Made by a program: the position numbers and the translations under genes. DNA of 63,892 bases, filler included, from Chrysochromulina tobinii (taxonomy: Eukaryota): assembly GCA_001275005.1 (NCBI GenBank). It is 7 parts of 7 records of this genome, joined end to end, with 100 filler letters (N's around TTAATTAATTAA, not from the genome) between each part and the next. Parts side by side here need not be neighbours in the genome. Positions count along the whole stretch, not along the records: positions 37,781 to 57,013 come from JWZX01000509.1; positions 57,114 to 62,244 come from JWZX01000511.1; 5 more parts are not named here. One strand, 5' to 3'. Every line of letters begins with the position of its first letter. Position 1 is the stretch's first letter. This document shows positions 48,301 to 59,287 of this stretch, piece after piece. The notes beneath the pieces are model-generated. The model did not search any database. It was not told the origin of the DNA and saw only the letters and a program-made list of their open reading frames with translations.

Positions 48301-51300
48301 GCGTGAACGCCCTCAGTCTTCACAGGGTGCTGGAGTCGCTCGCCCTTGGCGCCAATGTGAACGGGATCTGGAATCTGGATCGTGGGCCTGTCACGCCGTT
48401 GCGCCTGGCCTCCGAGGCCATGGATGCTCCGAGGCAAGAGGTTGCTCATCCGTTGATGCTGCTCGTCGCCACGCTCCTGGCTGCACGCGCGGATCCGCAG
48501 CTGACCCTTGAGGATGGCTGGAGCTTCGACAAATGGGCCCAGGGCGATCCCAAACGTAATGAAATGCTCGTCAAGATTTATGACGCGGCGGGCAGAGCGC
48601 TCTCAGCCCCTCTGATTGCCGAAGGGGACGAGCTTGGCCTCCTCGAGACGCTCCGTGCCATGGAGCAGGACAAGAATGTGGCCCTCCTCCGTGCCCTCAC
48701 TCAGTACGTAGAGGATCCCGAGAAGAACGAGGGCAGCTGCGAGTCGGACCATTACCTTTCGGTGTGCAGCTTGCTCATCTCGGGCGCGAATCCAAACGCA
48801 GAGGTGGAGACGCGAGAGGGATGCCTCACGCCGCTCTTCATTGCGTTCCATTGCTACAACCCCAAGTCCGCGCCCGGCTCGGAGCTCTTTGCTGTGCGGC
48901 TGCTGCTTGCCGTCAAGGCCGATCCCTTTGCACACGTGACGGATAGGTGGGTGAGCGGAGAGCCTTGGACGCTTGAATTAGCCGCCAACAGCTCCGGCTG
49001 GCGCAATCTGGCGGGCTTGATTGATATGCTCGACCTGCGCGAGCTCGCCGACGCTGATGATTGGATTGAGTTCGATGGCTGCGACATCGCCACGTGGTCG
49101 GACGCTGCGATCTGGCTGCTTAGGAAGGCGGAGGACCCTCGGAATACAGACACGACAGGGAAGATGAGCTCGATGAGGCGGCACATTGATGAGCTGATGG
49201 CCCAAATGCGTATCCCCAAGTCTTACTTCGCTAAAGTCGAAGCGCTGGGCTCCTTGGTGCAAGCTCTCGTGGATCGCATTCGTCACGATTTGTCCACCGC
49301 GGCGCCGCGGCGGTCGTCTGGGGAGAATGACTCCGAAGTGGATGTGTATCAGGACGCGCAGGAAGAGAATGGGCAGTCGGGCTCTCCCGAGCAAGACGAG
49401 CCGAGGCTCCAGGAGCATCACCTTCGAGCGCTCGGAGCCATCCTGTGTCATTGCGCCGAAGCGGACGCGAGCTCGGCGGTGCTGCAGCTCCTGGACCACT
49501 CTGGCTTCGCGAATTCGTCTGGCTTCGAGCTTGTCCTCCAGACCGCGGACGAGAACACCGCGCTTTGGTACGCAGCCTCGAATGGGAACCGAGCAATGAC
49601 TGAGAAGCTCATCGGCCACGGCGCCCACGTCAACTTCCGCAAGTCCAGAGGATTAGGGTTGCAGCAGCATGAGGGCCCATCGGTCCTCGGGATTGCGTGC
49701 CAGGAGGGTCATCGTGGCTGTGCTGAGCTGCTGCTCGAGGCGCTCGCCCACGTGGATGGGGGCGAGTGGTATCCGGAGAAGCAGGTCTGGCATACGTTCA
49801 TCACGCCGCTGATGTTTGCATGCGACTCAGGCCATTGCTTGTGCGTTCGCCTCCTTTTGGAGCACAATGCGAGCGCGGACCTTCGGCTTCACGGTGTGGA
49901 GAAGGGTGGGCCGGAGCTCGCAATCGAGTTCGCCGAAGCCGCTGAGGAGTCGAACGATAGCAAGCTGTGCATCAAGATGATGCAGACGCACGGCGCGAAG
50001 GAGGAGATGCTTCAACGGCAACGGAAGGGCCAATCATCGACCAGCTTGCTCGAGGAGCTCGGCGGCAAGGGGAAGCGGCTGGTGGTCAAGAACCAGAGAG
50101 CGCCCAAGGACCCGAAGCTCGAGTCGGAGCTGCTTCACTGGGCCATTCGGCATGGGGACTTGGCCTTCGTGTCCAGGTGGCTGCGTGATGGCGGCCGAGA
50201 TCGCATCGATGAGCGCTGCCTCGACGGGTACACGCCGCTCGAGGTGGCCTCGCGACAGAGCCTGATGGAGCCGTATGGCGACGAGCGCTGCGCGAGCCAC
50301 ATGCTGGTCTCGAAGCTGCTCAAGTCCAAAGCCAATCCCAACACGCCGGATGGTCCGCTCGGCTGCTTCCCACTCCTGCTCGCGGCGACACAGGGCAGTC
50401 CCTTCTCTGTCGACATCTTGCTGGCTGCGGGCGCGGATGGCGCGCGCAAGACGCGCTTCGACCGTTGTGCGGCAGAGCACGCGCTCGCGGCAGGCCGTAC
50501 GACGATCGCTCATCTGATCCTCAATCACGCGTACCACGAGCAATGGCACAAGCGCGAGAGCAAAGGTCGAATGCTGCGCGCGCAGCGGGCCGCCATAGAG
50601 GTGGTCACTGGCTTCATTCAGACGATCGTGCAGGCGCACACAAGCCAAGCGAGCACCGACCATGCAAGCGTCGACGTGGACGATGGGCTCACGCTGCCGC
50701 AGCTCGAGCAGCAGCATGCAAGTGCTCACCACGGCGCCCCCAGCCTGCTCGAGCAGCTCGAGCAGCTCCTCGACGTGCACGGGGACGCGCTGCGTGGTAC
50801 GGACACCCTCGCGCAACGTACCCTGGCGCAGGCCATCGGCGTACGGGACGAGCTGCGGCGAGAGCAGAGCCAGTGCAGCGCCGAGAAGGCGGAGCGAACC
50901 CTTCGGGAAGCGTGCCGGGCAGCGACGGACGCCGCGTCGGGTGTGCCTGTCAAGGCGCGGTACGAGACGTTACGGCAGGCGATTCACATTCACACAAAGG
51001 CCCTCGAGGACACAGCCAAGGCGGGCGTGCTCAAGGAGGCGCGAAAGGTGCGCGAGCAGCTCGCCGAAGAGAGTCGCAGGGCCGCCAAGCGGGACGCGGA
51101 GAGCGCGAAGCGGGAGCAGAAGCGTCGCGACGAAGCCGCGCGCGCCGAGGCGGAGGCCGAGGCGGAGGCGATGGAGGAGATGCAACGGGAGGCTCGAGAG
51201 GAAGCGCAGAAGCGGCGTGGTGAGGCGGCACGCGCCGCGGCGGAGGCCGCCCGCGCCGAACTAGAGGAACTCAAGGCGGAGACGGAGGAGATGCCGCGAA

Positions 51301-51435
51301 AGGCGCGCGAGCAGGCACAGCAGGCACAGCAGGCACAGCAGGCGCAGCAGGTTCAACAAGATGAAGAAGAGCTCGCTGCGCGTGTGGCGGCGGCGGCGGC
51401 AGCGCCGTCGGCGGCAGCGGCGCCGTCTGTGGCAG

Positions 51436-51466
<31 letters not shown>

Positions 51467-54400
51467 GGCGGACTCACGGCCCGAACCGAGCACGAAGGCC
51501 AAGAAAAAGCGGCGTAGCAGTGGCGGCAGCGCAAGCGGAGCGGCGGCGGGAATGGCGGCGGCGGCGGAGACCGAGCCACGTGTTTCAGCGGCGGAGGCTC
51601 GCCAGAGGGAGAGGCTCGCCGAGATGGAGGCTGAGGATGAGCGCCAGCTGCTCGCGGCCATCGAGGCCAGCTTGCTCGAGCAGCAGCAAGCTGGCGGCCC
51701 GCCATCACCTTCGCCCGCGCCCGAGCCCACGCCCGAGACGGCGCCGGAGCCCGCGCCCATCACGGCGTCCAGCTTGCCTCGGGAGGCGACGCCCAACACG
51801 GCGCCCATGGTGGAGGCGAAGGCGCCCAGCACGGCGCCCAGCACGGCGCTCAAGGCCGACAAGATGGCCGAGAGGAAGGAGGCCAAGCACGCCATCAAAG
51901 AGGACGCTAAGATGGAGGCCAAGGACGGAACGACAAGCGATCTCTCGAGCGATCTCCCGCCCTCGCTGAGCGTTGCCGTGGGCTCTTCCGAGCGCTCGGC
52001 ATGGGTGACGAGCCGGTCGTTTGTAGGCCCCTTGATCGTCGAGTCGCAATCGCGGCCGGGCCACGTGCGTCGCGACCTGTGCATCCGCAAGGAGGGCCTC
52101 GCCTTGATCGCGGGCACCAACCAGAGGCGCCTCAAGGACATCGAGGACGCGACCGGCTGTTCCATATTTGTCCTCGATCGGGAGGGGCCGCCGCCCGGCT
52201 GCGGCCCGAACGAGCGCGCCCTCGTGCTCGTCGGCAGCTCGGACGGTGTCGAGTTCGCCACTCTGATGCTCTACGATGCCGACGCGGCGGGGTCCGACTC
52301 GGCGCTCAACTCGGCGCTCATCCTCGGACCGCTCGTGCCAGAGGTTTCGTCAACGGCCACAGAGGTTTCGTCAACGACTACAGAGGTTTCGTCAACGACC
52401 ACAGAGGTTTCGTCAACGGCCGCAGAGGTTTCGTCAACGGCCACGCCGTCGGCCGCCGCGCCGCAGGTCGAGTCTGTGCAGTCGTTGCAGCCGTTGCAGC
52501 CGTTGCAGCCGTTGCAGCCGGTGGACTCGTCGGAGCCTTCGGCCACAGCAAAGTTCGAGCGCGCGAAGAGCCTCGACGAGCGCGCCGTCGTGGGCGCCCG
52601 TCCGGAGAAGCCATCGCCTCTCGCCCTGGGCCCGGCGATGGCGCCCACGACGGCGCCCACGCTCGCGCCCACGACGGCGCCCACGACGGCGCCGGCTGTG
52701 GAAGCGCCGATGGCCGCGGTCCGCCCCTATAAGCAGCAGCCCTGCCACTTCTTCGCGAGGGGACTGTGCAAGAACGGGGGGCTCTGCCCCTTCTTGCATG
52801 GCGAGGCCGACCCTCGACTGACCGACCCGCGCCTCATCAGTCCTCGGGCCGCGTCTCAGAAGAAGGATGTGCGCCGCACGTCTCTGCCGGCGGGTGCGCC
52901 GTCGCCTTCTCCGCCGCCACCGCCACCGCTCCCGCCAGCTACTGAGGCACACGTGACCTCGCCGCCGCCGCCGCCGCCGCTGCGGCTGCCGCCAATCGCC
53001 GGGGCAGATGCAGCGCCGTCTCGGGCAGATGCGGCGCCGTCTCCTCCTCCTCCTCCTCCGCCGCCGCCGCTGCTGCCAGCTACTGAGGCGGCCGATGTAG
53101 TTCCATCTCCCCCGTGGTCTGCTATGGCCGCAGCGGCCTCGAGCAAGGGCACTGCCCGCGGGCGTGGCGGGCGTGGCGGGCGTGGCTCGCGCGGCGGTAC
53201 GCCCGCCACGACGCCCCAGGACGGCACGCCCGCCACGACGCCCCTGGACGGCACGCCCGCCACGACGCCCCACAGCGGCCCGCTCGCCGCAGACGGCCTC
53301 TCCGGGGCGTCGGGTGTGCTTGGGCCGCTCGACACGGCGCTCGACTTGCTGCCGCCTGCAGCGAGCGCGAGCAGCCCCCCACCCGGTCTGTCGATCAACG
53401 GCGCGCTCTGGCCGTCGTCAGCAGGGCCACTCGCAGCAGGGCCATTCACAGCAGGGTCATTCACAGCAGGACCATTCACAGCAGGACCATTCACAGCAGG
53501 ACCTCAGAGCCACCCGCCGCTCGAGACGACGCTCTCGCTCCGTCCGCTCGAGATGAGCGCCGAGATGAGCACGTCCCAGACGACGCTGCGCGGGCTACGG
53601 AATCTGGGCAAGACGTGCTATCTCAACGCGTGCCTACAGAGCCTCCTCGCAACCGAGGCGGTGCGCGTGCACTTCCTCGCGAAGCAGGTTTACACGGCGG
53701 CGAAAGGGTTCGAAGTGCCCACGACGGCGCCCCTCGGCAACGGGTTGCGGCCGTCGGTGCCCACGACGGCGCCCAGGGTCCGCGCGGAGGGAGAGCTGAC
53801 CAGCGCCATGCGCAGCTTCGTGCGCGAGATGCACGGGCCGCTGACCGCGTCGTCCGAGGCCGTGCGTCCCGTCGGACTGTTGCGCGCCGTCTCGACGCGC
53901 CACTCCCGATTTGGGCAGCGGACGGAGCAGGACTCCCATGAGGTGCTTCGTCAATTGCTCGAGGGCATCCGGTCCGAGGAGGTCTGATTGCGTCTGATTG
54001 CGTCTGATTGCGTCTGATTGCACCCCTCATCAGGTGCTTCGTCAATTGCTCGAGGGCATCCGGTCCGAGGAGGTCGAACGACTCAAGGGTGAGGCGGCGG
54101 AGGCGACGGCAGCGGTGTCGCCTCTGACGAAGCCCAAGGCACTACCGAATTTGGCACTGCCGCCCATCGAGCCCGATCCGTGCACGATCATCGATGAGGT
54201 CTTCAGCGGCGAGCTGCGATCGACGATCGTCTGCTGCACCTGCGGGAGCGTCTCGTGCGCGCATGAACCCTTCCTCGACCTTTCCCTGCCGATGCCGCGC
54301 CGCGGCCGGCTCGACGCGCAAGATGGGCCCCAGAGCCCGGGAAGCCCCAGAAGCCCCGGAAGCCCCGGAAGCCCCGGAAGCCCCGGCAGCCCAGCCGAGG

Positions 54401-55493
54401 ACACATTCGCCGACACGCCCGCCGTCGCGAGCGGCAGCGGCGGCGGCGCCCGGGGCTTCGTGGGCGGCAGCCCCGGCCGGGGCGGGGGCAGCAGCGGCGG
54501 CGGGCGCGAGGGCAGTGGCTCGGCAGATCTCAATCTCGATCTCGGATCGGCAGATCTCACCGACGAGGTGCTCGCACAGCTGCCGAGCGTCCTCACCTCC
54601 AAGCCTTCACAGCTGCACCTGGGATCGTGCCTCGCTGCCTTTTTCGCGCCGGAGACCCTGCGCGGCGACGATGCGTATGACTGTGACGTCTGCAGCAAGC
54701 GCGCGGCAGACGCAGCTGTGAAGGCCTCCTCTGCCAAGGAGGCCAAGGCAGCCGGCAAGACGGACAAGGCACACGGCGCCGGCGCCCACGGCGGCGCCAA
54801 GGGTGAGAGGGAGCTGGCGCAGCCGCCGTCTCCCAGGCCGAAGCAGCCCGGGCTGAAATGGCTTCAGGTCAACGGACTGCCACGTGTCCTCTGATGGCCT
54901 CTGATGACCTCTGATGGCCTCTGATGACCTCTGATGTCCTCTGATGGCCTCCCTCATCAGGTCAACGGACTGCCACGTGTCCTCTGATGGCCTCTGATGA
55001 CCTCTGGTGGCCTCTGATGGCCTCCCTCATCAGGTCAACGGACTGCCACGTGTCCTCTGATGGCCTCTGATGACCTCTGATGGCCTCTGATGGCCTCCCT
55101 CATCAGGTCAACGGACTGCCACGTGTCCTCACGCTACACCTCAAGCGTTTCCGAACCACGGGTCGGAAGGTGCATAAGCTGTATGAGCACGTGCCCTTCC
55201 CGCTCGTGCTCGACTTTTCGTCCTTTGCATGCCAGCCTGGTGAGCCCGTCAAGCACTACACGCAGCTCAGCGACGGCGTGGCGCGCCCGCCGTCCGCGGC
55301 GCATCTGAGCTTGTACGCGGTCGTCGAGCACCAGGGCACCTTTGTTGGTGGTCACTACGTCGCCTTCGTGAAGAACGGGGGCGCGTGGTACCGCATGAAC
55401 GACAGCGTCGTCACGCACGTGAGTGAGGCGACCGTGCTCGAGGCCAAGGCCTTCATGCTCTTCTATCAGCAGACGCCTTCGCCGACCGCCTGA
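45324..55493 (+). CDS. Giant ankyrin-repeat / coiled-coil / UIM / KH / CCCH-zinc-finger / USP deubiquitinase
   Basis: Many TPLxxA...LLxAxA ankyrin repeats; EDERQLLAAIEASL; KH-like IAGTNQRRLKDIEDATGCSI; CHFFARGLCKNGGLCPFLH; GLRNLGKTCYLN, EQDSHE, HQG...GGHY...ND. Introns 45937-46093, 46431-46531, 53943-54033, 54868-55106. The 5' end is uncertain (may begin near 45026). Confidence 0.8.
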
Positions 55494-55750
55494 CAGCGCC
55501 GACGCGGTTGCGCCGGCAGTGCACGATTCAAGATAGCAGCGGTCAAGCAGTGCACGATTCACCGACTGTGCGGTGAGCTTAAATACATTTCCAGCGACTC
55601 GTGGAGAGCCGCCTTGATCCTATGACCGGTTGATGAGCATGTTCTTCTGTTCCCTGAATTTGTTTCCAAAAGGATAGCGCGTTTAACACTCCGCTCTCCG
55701 ATTCATAAACTAAACAGACCCAGTACGCAGTAGCCGGTACACTGGTACTC

Positions 55751-55945
55751 AATCCCGCCCGGTAATATAGGGCAGCGAGCACCAGAGATCACACTGTGTG
55801 CTGGGAGAGACCGACCTCACTAGCGAAATTGAGTAGCCCGAGCGAGCGAGTACTCAGTACTTGTGTTGACCGAGGGGAGCGGAGCCGTCCGTCGAGACGG
55901 CGGTGGAGTGAGCGTGGGGGGACCGCGACGAAACTGAACTGAACT
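55751..55945 (+). mobile_element. Second, internally deleted copy of the element at 6258-6732
   Basis: Reverse-complement match that lacks about 270 bp (6309-6581 of the other copy); ends GAAACTGAACTGAACT. Confidence 0.6.
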
Positions 55946-56473
55946 CAGTACTGCTGCGTCGACACTCACAGTGTTCAGTTCAAAGGAACAAATAAGCCTA
56001 TGACGGACGTAGTATGAAGTATGCGAGGTATATAACCATGAGCGAGGGTGGCAGCGGAGCACCAGGTCGTGTCGAACGAGCCCTGAGAGCATCGCTGCGA
56101 TGACGGGGGTACCAGACAAGGCTGTTGAAAGCGTTAGGTCGGATTGGGGGGCTATTTTTGGTTGCGGGGTGCGATGATTACGCAAAAGTTGGCCATTTAG
56201 TTGGCCGGCCACATGTCGGAAAAATGGCCAGTCGGCCCGCGCCGTGCCCGATGTCGGCAAAGGCAGACGCGGAGGCGGCGGCGGCGTTGCGCGAGCTCGG
56301 CGCGACGCTGAAGGCGTCGATGAACGCGCCGAAGCTGCACACGCGGAACGAAATGTACTTCGCAGGTAGTACGAATATGAGCTTAGGTCCCTTCCGGCAA
56401 CTCGTGCCCAGCTACAAGCTGCGGCACTGGTCGAGGACAAGGTGGAGGCTTTGGTGGAAGTGAAACGAAACCG

Positions 56474-57013
56474 ATGGCAGAGGCACCCTTTTCCCAGGTT
56501 ATGGAGCGTGAGGCCAAGCAGGGACCGGTGGCCACGGGCAAGCTCGCCTGTGGTGGACCCAAGGCGCTCGTCCAGTCGCAAAATGAGGCCGAGGCGTTCG
56601 GTCAGAGGTTCTGGACGCAATATGAGAAGAACAGTAAGTGGAAGTCACGCGACGGCGTGATCTACTTCGAGGCGGAGCGGATGTACAAAGAGATGCTTGA
56701 GGGGCACGACGGCAGCCCCGCACCCGTGCGGCTCCTTCGCCTCTCATGGCTGCTCGAGAAGGCCCGCCGCCGTGCGGTGCTGCCACGGCGGCAGGAGCTC
56801 CCGGAGGAAGCATTCCTTTCGGAGGCGGAGGTGCGCGCACTCCCGCGCGGGCACGTGGGAAGGGCTTGTGAGACCTGGGTCAGCATATTGATTCCCGGGA
56901 GGTCGCCGAACCTCATCGGCGCAACCTGGCGGCGCGCCAATGCCGCCGCCGCGCATGAAGTTCTGGAACGAACTGAGCAGAAGCAACAGTAGCAGCAGCT
57001 GGGACGTGTGCGA
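56474..57013 (+). CDS. Fragment of a protein with the algal 'VRLL..SWL...LPRRQELPEEAF' N-terminal motif, next to a gap
   Basis: The motif is one I recall from expanded algal protein families; exon structure is unresolved. Confidence 0.4.
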
Positions 57014-57113
57014 NNNNNNNNNNNNNNNNNNNNNNNNNNNNNNNNNNNNNNNNNNNNTTAATTAATTAANNNNNNNNNNNNNNNNNNNNNNNNNNNNNNN
57101 NNNNNNNNNNNNN

Positions 57114-59042
57114 CCCAGCATGCCTTATCGCGTGCGCACTGGCACGCTAGGAACGTGCACTTCGCCTTGAGCTTGCAGTCGCCCCAGCCGTGCGTAGTGC
57201 TCGCGCACATGGTGCACGGCGGCTTCTTAGCCCACTCCGTCACCTGCAGTTTCTTGCGCTTCTCGCGCTCCGCCGCGGATACCTCGTTCTGGACCTTGGT
57301 GGAGGCCTTTTTGATGTATTCGACGAGCTCGTTGCTGAGGCTCTGCAAGGTGAGCACGGAGCCGTTGTAGATTGGCTCGACGTTCTCGCCCGCAGCCTCC
57401 GCGATATTGATGCGCTCCGTGATGAGGTCGCACTTCTCTTTGATCTCGTTGGGCACCTTCTTGAGTATCCAGCGGAAGAGTGCGTGCGGGGCCTCGCGAA
57501 CACGCTTCGGAGAGATGCGCAGGTGCGACTGGAGCAGCGCGATCGCGAGCTTGATGGAGTCCTTGTCCATGCCGAGTTTGAGGTACTGCGTCGCCTCGAG
57601 CTTCTTCAGGTCTGCCTCCTCATCGCCCGTGTGCCGTGCCGTCAGCAAGGATCCGATGCGTGCGGCAATCTCGATGCCCGAAGATGTCGTGCCGGGTACC
57701 TGGCGTTCGAGCTCGAGCAGCTCGTGCTCGAAGACCTTGCCCTTGGGCTTGGTGACTTCGATGAGCGCGAGGAGCGCCGATGCGCCCCACATGTTGGCCG
57801 TCGCAGCGTGCTCGTTGTCCGAGATGATCTCGAGCGGTCGTTCGTTGTTCTCGTCCGTCCACGCGAGTTGGAGTAGGGCTCCGAACTGCGGGTACCGCCT
57901 GCGCATGAACGTGAGCACCTTGAGCTTCCAGTCCTCAAGCGTCGCGACGTTCAGGTCCGTCTTGTACACGTCGATCTCCTGCGATGAGAGCTGCTTGCTC
58001 ATCTCACGCGTCGGCCGCGTTTCCCAGAAGGTCGTGAAGTCCTTGTAGGTCGCGCTCTCGTCGTCGTCGCCGTCGGTGCCGTCCGTGTCCGTCACTGCCG
58101 CGCCGTGCTCGTCAGTGTCGAGCTCAAGCTCTTCTTCGTCGCTCGTTGCCTGCGATGACGGTGCCGAGCTGTTGCTGCCTGCGTCGTCGTCGAGGTCGTG
58201 GTTACTGCCGTTCATCGAGATGTCGTGCATGCCGATTATTGCGGTTCCCACGTGTGCGATGAAGTGCGCAAGCAGATTCAGCTCTTTCAGCATCCTTGAT
58301 GCTGATGCTGCGAGCATGACCATCGCGTACGCTGACGCGGTCTTCGGGTACGCGCCGGCGAGGCGTGCGCCGTGCTCAATTGATCGCATCACGGCGGTTC
58401 GCACGGCGAGCGTCAGCGCCTTGATGTAGCAGATGATGTTGGGCATGTGGACGAGCATCTTCGGGAGGAGGAGCTGCTTTAGCATCAGCGTCGAGCCCAT
58501 CACGAGCCCCGCGTTGTGTGCGAGCTTCAGGAGGCGTGCCATCGTAGCGCCCCCTTTGTTGAGCCACGCGTTCCCCATGCTCGGCGGGGCGATGGGGCGG
58601 CGCGGGGCCGATTGGAGTGTGCGGCGCGTGCGTACTTGCACGTGCGCGTTGCCGCTGGGCTCTGCCTTGTGCAGGGCCTCCTCATCTTGGCCGAGTGTGG
58701 TCTGAAAGCGGGTGTTATGCCCAGATGCTCGGCTCTTGGTTCCTTCTGCCTTGATGCGCACTGGGGTGTTTGCCGAGTGCACCTCGTTCTGGCGTTCAAC
58801 CGATCCATCGGTTGACGGCCACAGCTGCTTTGGGGTGCCGCCTTTGGTGGCCCTCTCCTTGAAGCCTGCTGTGGTATGCGCGCTTGCCTTTTCAGTTTGC
58901 GCGTCCTTGTTGATCTTCCGACTCGGTGTCGAAGTCGTGACCAAATCCGCTACCACGCGTGCGGGGTGCTCGAGCGCAGCCGTCCCACCGGCTTGCTTGG
59001 CTCGCGGCACCAGCTGCCCCGTGTATTTCCAGGGGGTAGCCA
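57114..59042 (-). mobile_element. LTR-retrotransposon gag-like ORF, running into a gap
   Basis: Long ORF ending in a CX2CX4HX4C knuckle (CTMCASTTHGWGDC), immediately downstream of a candidate LTR. Confidence 0.7.
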
Positions 59043-59194
59043 TGAAACCCGACCGCCTCTGCGGCACGGGAATCTTACTGCACAACAAACTGGCGGGCTC
59101 GCGCCCAACCCGTTACACACTAATTTGGTAAACACAGTTGGCGGTTTGGGAATGCATGTGACTGCATGCCGCCGGGACCTGGGGTGTGGCCTCA
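59043..59194 (-). mobile_element. Candidate short LTR (about 152 bp)
   Basis: On the minus strand it is preceded by G-rich GATTGGGGGG, bounded by TGAGGCC...GGTTTCA, and followed by TGG (PBS-like). Confidence 0.45.
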
Positions 59195-59287
59195 CGCGCG
59201 CCCCCCAATCTGGCCGACGCTCTGCGTAGGTCTGATTGCCTGTTACGTTAAGGGACCGGTGCGACCGTGCCCTTCCGTCACTGGTGT

